Virus record (IMG/VR): IMGVR_UViG_3300018427_001843
Source: an uncultured virus (IMG/VR IMGVR_UViG_3300018427_001843)
Lineage: Duplodnaviria > Heunggongvirae > Uroviricota > Caudoviricetes
Length of the DNA stretch: 64,000 bases
Direction: 5' to 3' (one strand)
In this document: one piece after another, positions 37,753 through 48,955 of the stretch
Numbering within the stretch: position 1 is the stretch's first letter
Layout: each line of letters starts with the position of its first letter
The notes under the pieces: model-generated
The model's database searches: none
The model's input: only the letters and a program-made list of their open reading frames with translations
Told to the model about the DNA's origin: nothing
Program-made: the position numbers and the translations under genes

Positions 37753-40700
37753 ATGAAAAACAGATTAACAAGAATCGCAGTATTGCTGCTCTGCCTTTCT
37801 ATGGTGCTGACTAGCCAGACAGGCTTCTTTGCGTATGCTGCAGAAGAAGTTGCAACGCATGAGGCAGCCGAATCGACAGCTGAAGAGGAGCCAAAAGGAG
37901 AAACATCGCCGGAAAAGGGCAAAGAAAGCAATCAGAAAGATGCTGCAACACCAGCCACGGAAAAACCACAGCCGATTAAGTCTCTTCAGGCGGACAATGC
38001 CGACAGGAAAGACAAGGATGCCCCGGCTGTCAGCGTAGCTATCGAAAATAAAGATGGCTTTCCGGACGATTCGCAGGCTGAAATCACTCTTGTTGAGAAA
38101 GAAAGCGATATTTCAGCCCTTACAAGCGCCATACAGAAGGAGACAAAAACAAAGTCGGATCTGAAATCTTTGCTTGCTATTGAGATCAGCATCAAGCAGG
38201 GCAAAAACGAGATCGAAACGGGAACAACATCCAAAGTGACGCTTACGGCTACGGGCGCAGAAGATCTTTCTGAGTCGGTTTTATATCACCAGAAAAAGGA
38301 CGGCTCGTTTGAAGAACTGAAATTCGAGCACAAAGCAGACAAAGACGTTCAGACTGTCGAATTCGAAACTTCTGCATTTTCACCATTTATCTTTGTTACT
38401 GAAGAGAAAAAGGAAACTTCGGAAGAAACAACCATACTTGATCCAGAAGAGCCCCTGCTTAAGGCTCCTTTGCTGAAAGCCGCAGGGACAAAGACACTTT
38501 ATGTTCATTCAACAGATTATAACGGATCCACTCTCACTCCGACTGAAATAGGAAGTGGTTATGATCTGTACTTCTATGAGCTTCCTGCAAGTGCTCTTTC
38601 GCTTTCTGCAGAAAATCTTTCGACTCTTGATCCTGCTACTCTGGCTAACATGATAAAGGGCAACACGACCGATTTCTCGGAATATCGCCAGCATATAAGC
38701 ATAAACTCGCAGGATAAAGCTCTGACGCTGACTCTTGAAGCAGACGCATCCGCCGAAAATCCATATGTACTGGTGTTTATGGGCGACGAAGCTTCCAGTG
38801 CTCGTTTAAACAATACCGGCGGGTATCCGGCTTCTGTTATAAGAGGGGAGTGGTTTTCTACTGCCGCCTTTTATTACGATGCTGAAAACGTTAATATCAT
38901 CGGAAATTCAGCAACGGATAACGATGGGACATATACATTCAATGTAAAGCACGATACCTCCGTAGTACGCCCGAAAATCACAGTAAATATTGACACTTCT
39001 GCATATACCCCTGAAGCAGGGGAAACGATCTTCCCGCAGACACTGTTTCCGAGCAGCCTTTGCACAAACAGCACTGTTACAAAAGACGGTGAGTATACGT
39101 TTGAATTCAACTATTCGATCAGCAGAAATGCAATAAATGAAGGGCTTTCTGACGGAGAACCGCTAATTATGGGTGGTTGTCCGGTCATTCTGTCGGGTTC
39201 AAACTGGGTCGCCTCAACAAATGATGATGTTTCAAATTCCTTGATGAGCAGAAGTCATCATTTCCTGCTTACAAGTGTAGATGAAAACGGAAATATACTT
39301 GGCCTTATGGACCCGGACGGTTCCGGTAGCTCTGAGTTATCGAACGAGAAACTCATCATATCGCTTACGAAGAAAAACATAGGTCAGAAACCGAAAGTCA
39401 AATACCATCTGGAGGCAGACGAATCTGTTTTTGATGATACAGATCTGCCTTTATATCTTCGCATTGAGGTCATAGACTGCTCCCATACTGACTGGACAGA
39501 TTCTAAGGTTATCGAAATCACCAAACAGGATCTTAACAAAGATAAAATATGCACATTCGACAGGTTCGATCCATATCTTGAGGAAGGAAGCGGTTACAGC
39601 GGAAATCCCCTGAATTTCGTGTTCTCTGTATACAAAGACGCGGAATGCACTGAACTTGACACTGATTGGGGCAACGGCGGGTCGATGACCTATAGCTGGA
39701 TATATGAATCTGATGGCGATGGTTTATGGGCAGGCCGCGGGTGGTACTATGATGAAACAACGGGTGAAGAGATATATCGCTATGATGTCCCGCTGTCCAT
39801 CAACTACTCCCTTATAAAGCCTTCTATTCCGTATACAGCATTTACAAACAATTCGTCTCAGATGTATCCGGCATACATGAAGGTTTCCGGATTTGATCAG
39901 GAAAAAATCGTAGAATTAACCGGAAACGGAGAGGGCTCCGTCGAATTTGACAAGATTTCTCTTCGCGATGCATATGGCAGTCCTATTACTTGGTCAGTCT
40001 ACTCTGATCCGGAATGTTCTACTTTGCATGATGGGTGGAAAGTAAACAACGAAGATATTACTGTTTACTGGGATACATCATCTAAAAAGCTGTTCAACAC
40101 AAATAACGGACAGCCCGCTGTTATCAGCCTTGAGAGGACACAGACTCAGCGCATCGTCATCCCTCTTGATACAGTTATCGGAGACCTTGATGAGAATGAG
40201 CTGTTCCCGGCATACATAACTGTTATCTTGGCAGATCGCAACGATAATTTTACGCCGGTTGTGGTTAAAAAAGAGCTGAACTCTCTTCAGGATGCAAACG
40301 GGGACCTTGTTTTCGAAGCAGCAGAAGGCGAAGCCTTCACTACAGTGTCAGAATATACTGTAAGTGCTGTTGTAAGCGAGAGCCGTGAAGACAACATGAC
40401 CCTCAAGCCGACCTGGTTGAGAGGTACGCTTGATGCTACGCTGCAAGCAGACGGAAAACTGCATCAGGGTTTAAGCGAACTGCGACTTTCCTTCAGGCCT
40501 GTTTCAGTAAACGTCAGACCTGATCTTTTCAAGATGATTCCTGATGATACCACTCATGTATATTTGAAGACATGGGCCGGAGCCTACCCGGTTAAGACTG
40601 ATTTCAGGGAGATATCAGACAGAAGCGAACTCAAGGTAGATTTTCCGTTCCTGGCTTTAGTTAACACTTCGGTGAATGCTCAGAGCATGCTCACGGAAGA

Positions 40701-43700
40701 CCCGGATGAGGACGCTCTTACACAGTCGCAGACTGAACTGGCAACATCAAAGGGCACATATTTTTATTCATCAGCAGGTCAGGCGCGGGTCTCTCCATCC
40801 GGCTCTTTGGTCTCGGGAACACAGGACTTCGTACTGACTCCTTATGAAACAAATAAAGCGTTCGAAACATTTGATGTTCCGGTAAAAATAAATATCCCTG
40901 AAAACGGCGTATATACGTTTAGTAATGGCAATTACTCAGCAGCGTATCTGAATCTCTTTTCGGTCGATCCCGAAACGGGAGAGATGCACAGCGAAGTTGC
41001 TTACGACGATTACTACTACGGAGACCGATATACTACAGCTTTTGTAGACGTATACTCAATTACTCCGTCCTATGAGGGAAGCATCAATGTCAGGCCAAAC
41101 AGAAGCCTGAAGCCGGGAACATACTATATGAACTATGGTATCTCCAGCAGAAGCGGCTCCAGCGTTTATGATTATGACAGCAACATTGATTTCGCATGGA
41201 CTCACGAGAGAAATGTGAAAGTTATTCTGACGCAGGACGGACAGCTTACATGGGAGAACGGTGATCCTGTAGTCCTGAATTTCGATTACGCAAAATGCGT
41301 ACTTCCGAACCTTGATGTACACACTGAGCTTCCGGATGGTTCTGCAGCATATGATGGAAATTCTTATCAAAAAAATCTGTCAAGAACCGGCGAAAACAGC
41401 TACACACCGACTTACTTCCAGTACACTCTTCGTCCTTTCAAGAATGTCGGCGATTATTATTCAGGAAACGTCTACTTCCGAACAGGTGCTTTATCCAGCA
41501 CTGATATGGTCCAGAATATCCCTGAAGGAGACAGTGTAATCGGAAGTCCGCTCAGGCGCTTCAACTACTTACAGGATCTGTACTATCGCTATATAAATCC
41601 TGACGCAAAGCCAAGCGACTTTACGTATGATGATGTCCCGGTGATTGCTTCTTCATACAGGCGGATAGTAAGCGGAAGTTCTTATGGGGAATCCGCAACT
41701 GTCGGATATGAATCTCAGCGTAATTATGCCGATGAAGAGGTTGAGGGATATCCGGTAGGCGACTACTATCTGACATATACAACAGGGAAAAACTCCGATA
41801 TACGAAAAAAATGGTACAGCGAAACGTCTCTTCACGTACATTATGCGGAAGACGGCAAGTTTTACCGTATCAAAGAAGACGGCACGTATGAAGATGAGCC
41901 GTATGTCATGCAGATCAGATACATCGGCAATGAGGCTGAAGTAGTCGATTCTCTGAAAATAAAGGTCAACACTATAGTAAAAGACGGTGTTTCAAACAGT
42001 AAAGCCTTTACTGCCGGAGATACATTTGTAGTAATGGTATCCGAGTTCAGAAACGGCAACGATAATGAGCGTATTGACTATTACGCTGTCGGAACAGCCG
42101 AGATAACAGAAGCCGGCCTTACCGAGGTTGAGCTGCACTCTCCGGGCGGAGGCGGCATTGCGCTTCATAAAAATTCCCAGTATATGCTATCATATGGAAC
42201 CTTCCATGAATGGACAGGGAACTTTGACACATCTACTGTAAACCGATCCTGGCCAATTTATAACAATCTGAACGTGACCTTTAATAACGGGATGTACATC
42301 CACTACTCTACCAATCATCCGTCAACCTGGTATCCGGTATACTTTACTCCGAACAATGTTGATGAAGATGGATATATAAAAGGTTTCACCTATAATGAAG
42401 CAGCCCAAAACGCGGATGTATACATAAATAGAACCGACGATACAGAAGGTGATGTCGCCACATTCAACAACTACAATCTGATAGTTCCGTGGGAAAAATC
42501 GGATCCGGGCAAGATAGGGCAGGCAAGCGGAGAAGAAACGACCGTATACAGACCGCTTTCAGAGCTGTCGTCTATAAGAGAAAAAGGCAACTATATCATT
42601 GCTGTTCAAAACAAGCTTAATAATAAATGGTACGCCCTGTATTACGATGAGAACGGCGGTCATTCAATCGAACTTGAAGACGTTCATTCCTTTGAGGATC
42701 TTCAGGCCGGTTATGAAATCAATGTTGATACAAAGTATAACAAGCTTGTATTTCAGGCTACTAAGGTAACCCAGGGAAGCGACTCGGTTTCGCTGCAGCT
42801 GAAGACTCTGCACAAGAATGCTGCCGGTAAGTATATGGCTCTTAAGATGGGCCAGAGCAGCGACGTGACAGCGCCTCTCATTTCCGCCTCTGCAGGAACG
42901 GTCATCATCAGAAAGAGCAATGCTGATAACAAGTTCACAGTCTCAAAGGGTAACTACTCCGACCTGTTCTATTTGGACGAATTGTATGGCTATAGCGGAT
43001 TTAAGACCGTAAGTAATAAGTTCGGGCCATATTTTGGAGAGAAGTATACCGATTATGTGCTGTTCGGGACTATCCCTTATCACTATGACTCGATAGATGA
43101 TTATTTCTATCGCGAAACAACCACGAGCCTCTCATATGGCGGTAAATATTATAACGGTGATGCGGCAATATATGCCGGAGTGAACGATAATCACCCGGCT
43201 ATCAATGCTTTCATGGCTGATGTTGATCAGGAATATCTGAATGATCAGTACATTAACACTCTTCGCACTACAAACAATAGCTACCCGGGCATTGGAACGT
43301 TTGACTTCTATATTCTTTCCGATGATATAGAAGAAGCTCCTCCTGTAGAACAGACGAATAAGTACACCCGCGTTAAGACATATGGTGACTTTGTTCAGAC
43401 GTACGTTACCGAATCGTCTAAACAGTCCGCATCAATGCTTCTTGTCTATACAGATAATGAAGGCAAAGAATATGCGATGGAAGCGGAAAAGCTTTTCCGT
43501 GTTGAGTCAAAAGCGGGAGGCTCCGGCTACAGCACCATCACGACAGTAGCCGACCACATTCTTATTCCGAACAACAACAGCGGTACAAGCCAGAACTTCT
43601 CAATAGATTCTGTCGAAGTAAAAGAAGACGGGACTTTTGTATTTGCTACGCCATATGCTTTCAGGCGAAGCAGACAGAATAATACTGATGATAAAAACTA

Positions 43701-46194
43701 TATGACCCTGAACGGGGAAGAGGGCGGAAGCGCCTGGACAAAGAACGACGATGCGTCTCACGGCGAGAGCCTTGTCTATGTCCTGCACCCAACATCAGAA
43801 GTCCACAGTCAGGCTGATTGGGATGCTGCGCAGTCATATAAGTTATCTGTCGTCAGAAACGGCGTAACAAAGTGGCTCGGTGTTACCGAAGCAGACGGGA
43901 TAAAGCAGATGTCCATTGTCGATTCTGAAAGTGACGCAGTAGAATTCAAGGTCTATACTGATCAGCTTTCAAGATATTACTCAAGCGCTTACGGAACAGA
44001 TCTTTATAGGTATTACAAGGTCAATAAACTCACCGACATCAATGCTGGTGACGAGATTCTGATCGTATATAATGACGAAGGGACCAAGAAGCTCGTCAGT
44101 TTGCCGTTTGTAGATAACGGTAAATATGAAGATGTATCTTCTTCTTCCTATTCCATCAGACGCAATACGCTTGCTCCGGCAATTCATGTATTGCCGGAAT
44201 ACAGCAACGTTGATACGAGAGATTCAGATACCATAACGTCGGAGTCGAAGTACCGCTATCGTATGGGCACAAGCGAATACTTGAAGAAGCCTTACGCATA
44301 TATCGATCCGGAAAATGATGAGATTATCTGGGCTCAGGGTGTTTCTGCGAATGCGATCGGTACAGCAAAGAGCGAATCCAATAAGCAGCGTAAATACGCA
44401 AGCGTCACGCCGCTCGGCAACACGACAAGGAACCTGTACATTAAAACCGGATATGATATCTATAGGGATGTAGCGGCAGAAACTAACTTCTTCCCTGGTC
44501 CGAACGAAGGCGAGTTCTATATTCGTGGTGGTAAGTCGGACGCATGGCTTGGCCTTGATTATTATCAGCGTTACCTTCTGTCCATAGAAACAGGTAATTA
44601 CGAATATGTCGGGCATTACCTTACCTTCGGAACCGTAGGTACGGATGATCGCGTCGCGGTCGAGGTATACAGACGGCCATCCACGGACGAAATGTTCCAG
44701 ATACGATACTATTCGCCGGAGGATGAACTTGACCATACCGAAACCAAGCCACAGGAGACCTTCTCGCTTACTCAGAAACAGGATATCGAAAAAGACGGCG
44801 TAAAATACATCTTTGTCGGGTATACCGCTAACAAAGCAAAGGGCGGATACCTTTCTCTTGCTGATTCTGCAAATCTGTATGATTACGATGACATAGCAAA
44901 GGTTGCATCAGTCAAGGATCAGGTAAGAACGCAGTACGAACTGCTTGGTGACTGTAATCCGGAAGGCGATAATCTTATCGACTATGAGACGGTTGAAGAT
45001 AAGGTGCAGACTGTAGAAGAAAGCGGAGTAACAACAACGGTTCTGAATGTCTATCCTGTGTATGCAGTAAAAGGCTATTCAGCCGCAGTTGCGGCAAATG
45101 ACGGTGACACAATGATCATCGGTGCTTCCGACTTCAAAGATATCCAGGGCGGAGCAACAGGAACGACGAACGATAAGGAACGCTGGCTGGGAAGCATCAA
45201 TATCGAAGTCTACAAAGACGGAGTGCTGTGGGTGCCTGGTGCAGGTGGAAGCACGACGGGAAGGAAGAAACTGTTTGGTGCTGGCAGAAATACTTCCAGC
45301 GCAACCTTGTACTTCGCTTATCATAATGATAACGCTGCTGACCTGAATATCAAGTTCATCGCAGACGGTATCACTGCAGAGACTCTTTACGAATATATGT
45401 CCAGCAGCGAATTCAATACCACAGAACCTTCAGAGAACTATACCATCGATGCGGTATGGGCAGAGCAGGGTGGTTCTGAAGACGGTCTTAAGTATCGTTA
45501 TAACTGGATGTCTTCCAGCTATGGCGGACAGCTTGATAACGTCAAGGGCGGAAGTACTGTCAAGATATACGTCACCACAAAGTACCAAGTAAAATACTAT
45601 TTCGACGATGGAAGCGGTTCAGGCTATCAGCAGCTGACTGATGCCCCGTGGAATAATAACGGACTCTATGTAACACCTGGCACAAGGCTTGCTGTAGAGG
45701 ATCTGCTTGAAAATTCCACATCTTATCTGGTAAAGGCCGGAAATGAATACGACAGCCTGATCTCGCCGACACCAACATCCGGAAATACATTCAAAGACAG
45801 CAGGATAATAAGAGGAGAGTACTCTCAGTTCCTGTATGAATTTGAAGAGTATGATGAGGAATTCGATATCCCGGTACTGCCTGAAGCGCCAGCCGGAAAG
45901 CATCTCACTAAAGACAAGTGGGAGCTGAAAAATGCTGACATGGCAACGCTTTTGAATGTTAATCCTGAATCAGTATGGCAGATGCAGGGAACATCGTACG
46001 GCACAGGTAATACGATCTATGCATACAAGGGTGCATCCGATCAGGAGAACACATACCACCTGTATGCAGCGGTAGAACAGCCTCTGCCGGTCCCAACAGG
46101 AGTAGGCAAGACATCTTGTGCCGCTCTGATACTGATGGCTGTAGCAGGAGTCCTGCTTGTAGTAAACAAAAAACAGCGTGCAGCCGAAAAATAG
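37753..46194 (+). CDS. Giant 2813-aa sortase-anchored surface protein
   Basis: GGAGG RBS, signal peptide, VPTG + TM + KKQR. Confidence 0.8.
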   Translation: MKNRLTRIAVLLLCLSMVLTSQTGFFAYAAEEVATHEAAESTAEEEPKGETSPEKGKESNQKDAATPATEKPQPIKSLQADNADRKDKDAPAVSVAIENKDGFPDDSQAEITLVEKESDISALTSAIQKETKTKSDLKSLLAIEISIKQGKNEIETGTTSKVTLTATGAEDLSESVLYHQKKDGSFEELKFEHKADKDVQTVEFETSAFSPFIFVTEEKKETSEETTILDPEEPLLKAPLLKAAGTKTLYVHSTDYNGSTLTPTEIGSGYDLYFYELPASALSLSAENLSTLDPATLANMIKGNTTDFSEYRQHISINSQDKALTLTLEADASAENPYVLVFMGDEASSARLNNTGGYPASVIRGEWFSTAAFYYDAENVNIIGNSATDNDGTYTFNVKHDTSVVRPKITVNIDTSAYTPEAGETIFPQTLFPSSLCTNSTVTKDGEYTFEFNYSISRNAINEGLSDGEPLIMGGCPVILSGSNWVASTNDDVSNSLMSRSHHFLLTSVDENGNILGLMDPDGSGSSELSNEKLIISLTKKNIGQKPKVKYHLEADESVFDDTDLPLYLRIEVIDCSHTDWTDSKVIEITKQDLNKDKICTFDRFDPYLEEGSGYSGNPLNFVFSVYKDAECTELDTDWGNGGSMTYSWIYESDGDGLWAGRGWYYDETTGEEIYRYDVPLSINYSLIKPSIPYTAFTNNSSQMYPAYMKVSGFDQEKIVELTGNGEGSVEFDKISLRDAYGSPITWSVYSDPECSTLHDGWKVNNEDITVYWDTSSKKLFNTNNGQPAVISLERTQTQRIVIPLDTVIGDLDENELFPAYITVILADRNDNFTPVVVKKELNSLQDANGDLVFEAAEGEAFTTVSEYTVSAVVSESREDNMTLKPTWLRGTLDATLQADGKLHQGLSELRLSFRPVSVNVRPDLFKMIPDDTTHVYLKTWAGAYPVKTDFREISDRSELKVDFPFLALVNTSVNAQSMLTEDPDEDALTQSQTELATSKGTYFYSSAGQARVSPSGSLVSGTQDFVLTPYETNKAFETFDVPVKINIPENGVYTFSNGNYSAAYLNLFSVDPETGEMHSEVAYDDYYYGDRYTTAFVDVYSITPSYEGSINVRPNRSLKPGTYYMNYGISSRSGSSVYDYDSNIDFAWTHERNVKVILTQDGQLTWENGDPVVLNFDYAKCVLPNLDVHTELPDGSAAYDGNSYQKNLSRTGENSYTPTYFQYTLRPFKNVGDYYSGNVYFRTGALSSTDMVQNIPEGDSVIGSPLRRFNYLQDLYYRYINPDAKPSDFTYDDVPVIASSYRRIVSGSSYGESATVGYESQRNYADEEVEGYPVGDYYLTYTTGKNSDIRKKWYSETSLHVHYAEDGKFYRIKEDGTYEDEPYVMQIRYIGNEAEVVDSLKIKVNTIVKDGVSNSKAFTAGDTFVVMVSEFRNGNDNERIDYYAVGTAEITEAGLTEVELHSPGGGGIALHKNSQYMLSYGTFHEWTGNFDTSTVNRSWPIYNNLNVTFNNGMYIHYSTNHPSTWYPVYFTPNNVDEDGYIKGFTYNEAAQNADVYINRTDDTEGDVATFNNYNLIVPWEKSDPGKIGQASGEETTVYRPLSELSSIREKGNYIIAVQNKLNNKWYALYYDENGGHSIELEDVHSFEDLQAGYEINVDTKYNKLVFQATKVTQGSDSVSLQLKTLHKNAAGKYMALKMGQSSDVTAPLISASAGTVIIRKSNADNKFTVSKGNYSDLFYLDELYGYSGFKTVSNKFGPYFGEKYTDYVLFGTIPYHYDSIDDYFYRETTTSLSYGGKYYNGDAAIYAGVNDNHPAINAFMADVDQEYLNDQYINTLRTTNNSYPGIGTFDFYILSDDIEEAPPVEQTNKYTRVKTYGDFVQTYVTESSKQSASMLLVYTDNEGKEYAMEAEKLFRVESKAGGSGYSTITTVADHILIPNNNSGTSQNFSIDSVEVKEDGTFVFATPYAFRRSRQNNTDDKNYMTLNGEEGGSAWTKNDDASHGESLVYVLHPTSEVHSQADWDAAQSYKLSVVRNGVTKWLGVTEADGIKQMSIVDSESDAVEFKVYTDQLSRYYSSAYGTDLYRYYKVNKLTDINAGDEILIVYNDEGTKKLVSLPFVDNGKYEDVSSSSYSIRRNTLAPAIHVLPEYSNVDTRDSDTITSESKYRYRMGTSEYLKKPYAYIDPENDEIIWAQGVSANAIGTAKSESNKQRKYASVTPLGNTTRNLYIKTGYDIYRDVAAETNFFPGPNEGEFYIRGGKSDAWLGLDYYQRYLLSIETGNYEYVGHYLTFGTVGTDDRVAVEVYRRPSTDEMFQIRYYSPEDELDHTETKPQETFSLTQKQDIEKDGVKYIFVGYTANKAKGGYLSLADSANLYDYDDIAKVASVKDQVRTQYELLGDCNPEGDNLIDYETVEDKVQTVEESGVTTTVLNVYPVYAVKGYSAAVAANDGDTMIIGASDFKDIQGGATGTTNDKERWLGSINIEVYKDGVLWVPGAGGSTTGRKKLFGAGRNTSSATLYFAYHNDNAADLNIKFIADGITAETLYEYMSSSEFNTTEPSENYTIDAVWAEQGGSEDGLKYRYNWMSSSYGGQLDNVKGGSTVKIYVTTKYQVKYYFDDGSGSGYQQLTDAPWNNNGLYVTPGTRLAVEDLLENSTSYLVKAGNEYDSLISPTPTSGNTFKDSRIIRGEYSQFLYEFEEYDEEFDIPVLPEAPAGKHLTKDKWELKNADMATLLNVNPESVWQMQGTSYGTGNTIYAYKGASDQENTYHLYAAVEQPLPVPTGVGKTSCAALILMAVAGVLLVVNKKQRAAEK

Positions 46195-46219
46195 CACTAT
46201 AAGGAAGGGGCTGTCACAT

Positions 46220-46558
46220 TTGAGAAGATGTGGCGGCCCAAAAGAACTGACAAGCATAAACCGTGCGAAGATCGAAAGGCTCTGGGGACAGACCAGATAC
46301 GAAACCTCTGTAGCCGTAGCAAAGAAGTTCTTCTCGAAGACAAAGACAGTTCTTCTGGCATATGCGCAGAACTTCCCTGACGGACTTTCGGGCGGACCGC
46401 TGGCGCTTATAAAGAACGCGCCTATCATTCTGACCGATTCAAAGACGATCTCTCCGGCAAGAGAGTACGTAAAGAGCGCTGGAGCAGTCAGAAGCATTAC
46501 TCTTGGCGGGCCGACGCTGATTTCGGATATCGCTGTAAGAGCAATTATGGGAAGATAA
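46220..46558 (+). pseudogene. Solitary cell-wall-binding repeat 2 (CWB2) domain, likely a remnant
   Basis: 'RLWGQTRYETSVAVA...NFPDGLSGGPLA...PIILT'; only one repeat and no signal peptide. Confidence 0.6.
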
Positions 46559-46585
46559 CCAAGAAAAATTATCCGTAAATAGAAG

Positions 46586-46623
46586 AGGGCAGGGCCACTT
46601 TCGTGGTACCTGCCCGTTTTTTT
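46586..46623. terminator. Terminator between convergent gene blocks
   Basis: GGGCAGGGCCAC/GTGGTACCTGCCC followed by a T-run. Confidence 0.6.
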
Positions 46624-46648
46624 ATGCTTTTTTATTGATCGTCAGAAG

Positions 46649-47170
46649 CTAAGCCTCTTCTGTTACAAAGCTCATGCCGTAGTATTCAGGGATGTAATAT
46701 ACATCTCTGACCAGTGATGCTTCAACACCGCCCGGAACACACAGCTCAATGACCTGGCCCGGGGTAGGGGCAACGTCTGCGCCGGACATGGAGATGTGAC
46801 ACATCTTCCCGGCATACGGGCCATCGACAGCGCTTGCAAAGAAGCCGGTAGGCTTTATATTGAAAGGAGTCAGCTTTGTAAGTTCAACCACCTCGAACCT
46901 CCAGTGCTCAAACCCGGCAGCAGAAATCTTTTTCTTCATTGCAAAGCCGAGAAGGAAGATAGCGAGGGAAACGAACAGCCCCAGTCCGACGCCGTATATT
47001 GACTTTGTTGCAACCCATGAAAATGCGCCGAGCATTGCGAAAAGAAGCGCTGCTGTATTGTATCCTTTAAGTCTTCTTTCGATAAGAAACGGATATTTGT
47101 CAGGGCCCGGATCAATGTGTTCCGTAATGCGTTTGTTGTTATTATCAGTCTCCGTAATCTTAAGCCTCAT
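46649..47170 (-). CDS. Hypothetical membrane protein (2 TM)
   Basis: GAGGAGG RBS; two hydrophobic helices. Confidence 0.65.
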   Translation of the reverse strand: MRLKITETDNNNKRITEHIDPGPDKYPFLIERRLKGYNTAALLFAMLGAFSWVATKSIYGVGLGLFVSLAIFLLGFAMKKKISAAGFEHWRFEVVELTKLTPFNIKPTGFFASAVDGPYAGKMCHISMSGADVAPTPGQVIELCVPGGVEASLVRDVYYIPEYYGMSFVTEEA

Positions 47171-47183
47171 TACGCTTTCCTCC

Positions 47184-47729
47184 TCAGAAAACAAAATTCA
47201 TGACTACCCATGCTCCGCCGCCAAGAAGCAGGGCGAGGATGCCCGAATATATAGCAATTTCCTTGATCGGAACGCTGCTTCCCATAGCAATATCCTCGTC
47301 ATAATCGACAGGCAGTATCTCATCATAAAAGCCATCGTCATTCAGGACATCATACGCCTCGTCCTCAAGTTCTCCCTGTCTGACCGCAGTATCGTCATAT
47401 ACGATCTCCTCGATCCTCTTCATGACCCTGAACCTGCGCTTCGGAGCACGCTCCTTTTTCTCTTCCGGCTGTTCCGAGACGTCTTCGTAGGAATCCGATC
47501 TCTGTTCGAACATATCAGAAGCAAAGTTCTCTTCGTATTGAGGCTTCTGCTCCGAAAGGAGTCCCGACGCCAGTTTATCTCTTCTCTGAAGCTCGTCCAT
47601 CAAAAGCCCCGAGCCCTGACCTGACGAAATAAACACCTTTTTTCTTACGCTGCTCATTTTGTATCTGTGTTTCCTGAGCGGCGGACTCCAGAAATCTATT
47701 GTTTGGATTACTTCCTTTACTACAGACAT
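47184..47729 (-). CDS. Hypothetical protein with C-terminal TM
   Basis: TAATG coupling with the upstream gene; acidic region followed by a TM helix. Confidence 0.6.
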   Translation of the reverse strand: MSVVKEVIQTIDFWSPPLRKHRYKMSSVRKKVFISSGQGSGLLMDELQRRDKLASGLLSEQKPQYEENFASDMFEQRSDSYEDVSEQPEEKKERAPKRRFRVMKRIEEIVYDDTAVRQGELEDEAYDVLNDDGFYDEILPVDYDEDIAMGSSVPIKEIAIYSGILALLLGGGAWVVMNFVF

Positions 47730-48955
47730 TAATTGATCCTCAGTTTTCTCAGTGCTGTTTCTCCTACTTTCTTCGCGATCTTCTCCTGTCCCTGCTGATA
47801 AAGCATGGCGACCAGATAAGCGGCATCTCCATCTTCTTTCACGTAATAATCTGCCTTATAAAGTGAATACGGCCCGAAGACGCTTCCTGCTATACTGGCT
47901 GCATCGGCGCCCGTTGAGTTGATGCTTATCTCCCCAGTAAAATCAGGGCCTTCGCTTGATGCATATGCCTTTGCGGCATACTGTGCCGGGACCCCATATC
48001 CGTCGTACGCATAGGTAGCTATGGTCTCTCCGTAATACCTGGCGATGTTTTCTTCGGTTATTGTTTCCTTGTCGTCGATCCTGAATACGCCTAAAGCCAT
48101 TCCGGCAGTTTCCCTGTTCTGATCAAGAGGGGAGGCGAATATGTTCTCGGCTCCGGTCACGGGCATAAAGTGAGTCGGCACGCTGGTGAAAATATCCCCG
48201 TAGGACACTTCGCCGAATTCAAGATTATCGCTTTTTACATATGAGATGCTTGAAGCAATATACTCGAGCATCTTCTCCGCTCCTTCAGCTGACTCTTTCG
48301 GAACGATCATGGAAAAGCAGAAAGGGCGGTGATCCCACTTTACATAAGTACAAAGCAGGCTGTATCCGGAATAATAATGCGTCGCCTTATCGACCAGCAC
48401 GACATCGTCCGCGATAAGTGTTGCGGCGTCCTCGACATGGTCCTCGTCGACGAACGGAAGCCCGTTTACGATATGATCTTCCGTAACGTACTCTCTGAGC
48501 CTGCAGATGTGACCCTCGACAGTATACTGAAGGCCTTCAAGCTCATAACTGAAGAAGTCCGAAAACTTATATGCGTGATTATTCAGCGTATACTCGGACA
48601 TCTCGTTTTCATCGACGTCCTCGCCATATCCGCAAAGGATATTTATCGTGCACCCCGGGAAGAGATCGTCCGTCGGAGGGATCTCCAGCCTTGCGTATCT
48701 TGAATTGATAAGCTTGCTGTCCCATGACTTCGGAACGTCGAACTTCATATGCGCCTTCTTTATGGAAAAGGACTCATATTCATAGTCATAAGGGCTTTCC
48801 ATCTTGGTGAAAGATCCTGTTTCCGGAACCTCTTCATCGGGCGATTCGATCTCGACTTCCTTGATCTGTCCTTCGTCTGCGCCCGGACGGCACGACGTAA
48901 AGCAGAAGGAAAATGCGAGCGCCACCAGCAATATTGAAATAATACGTTTATACAC
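47729..48955 (-). CDS. Putative lipoprotein
   Basis: Signal peptide ending 'FTSC'; GGAGG RBS. Confidence 0.65.
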   Translation of the reverse strand: MYKRIISILLVALAFSFCFTSCRPGADEGQIKEVEIESPDEEVPETGSFTKMESPYDYEYESFSIKKAHMKFDVPKSWDSKLINSRYARLEIPPTDDLFPGCTINILCGYGEDVDENEMSEYTLNNHAYKFSDFFSYELEGLQYTVEGHICRLREYVTEDHIVNGLPFVDEDHVEDAATLIADDVVLVDKATHYYSGYSLLCTYVKWDHRPFCFSMIVPKESAEGAEKMLEYIASSISYVKSDNLEFGEVSYGDIFTSVPTHFMPVTGAENIFASPLDQNRETAGMALGVFRIDDKETITEENIARYYGETIATYAYDGYGVPAQYAAKAYASSEGPDFTGEISINSTGADAASIAGSVFGPYSLYKADYYVKEDGDAAYLVAMLYQQGQEKIAKKVGETALRKLRIN

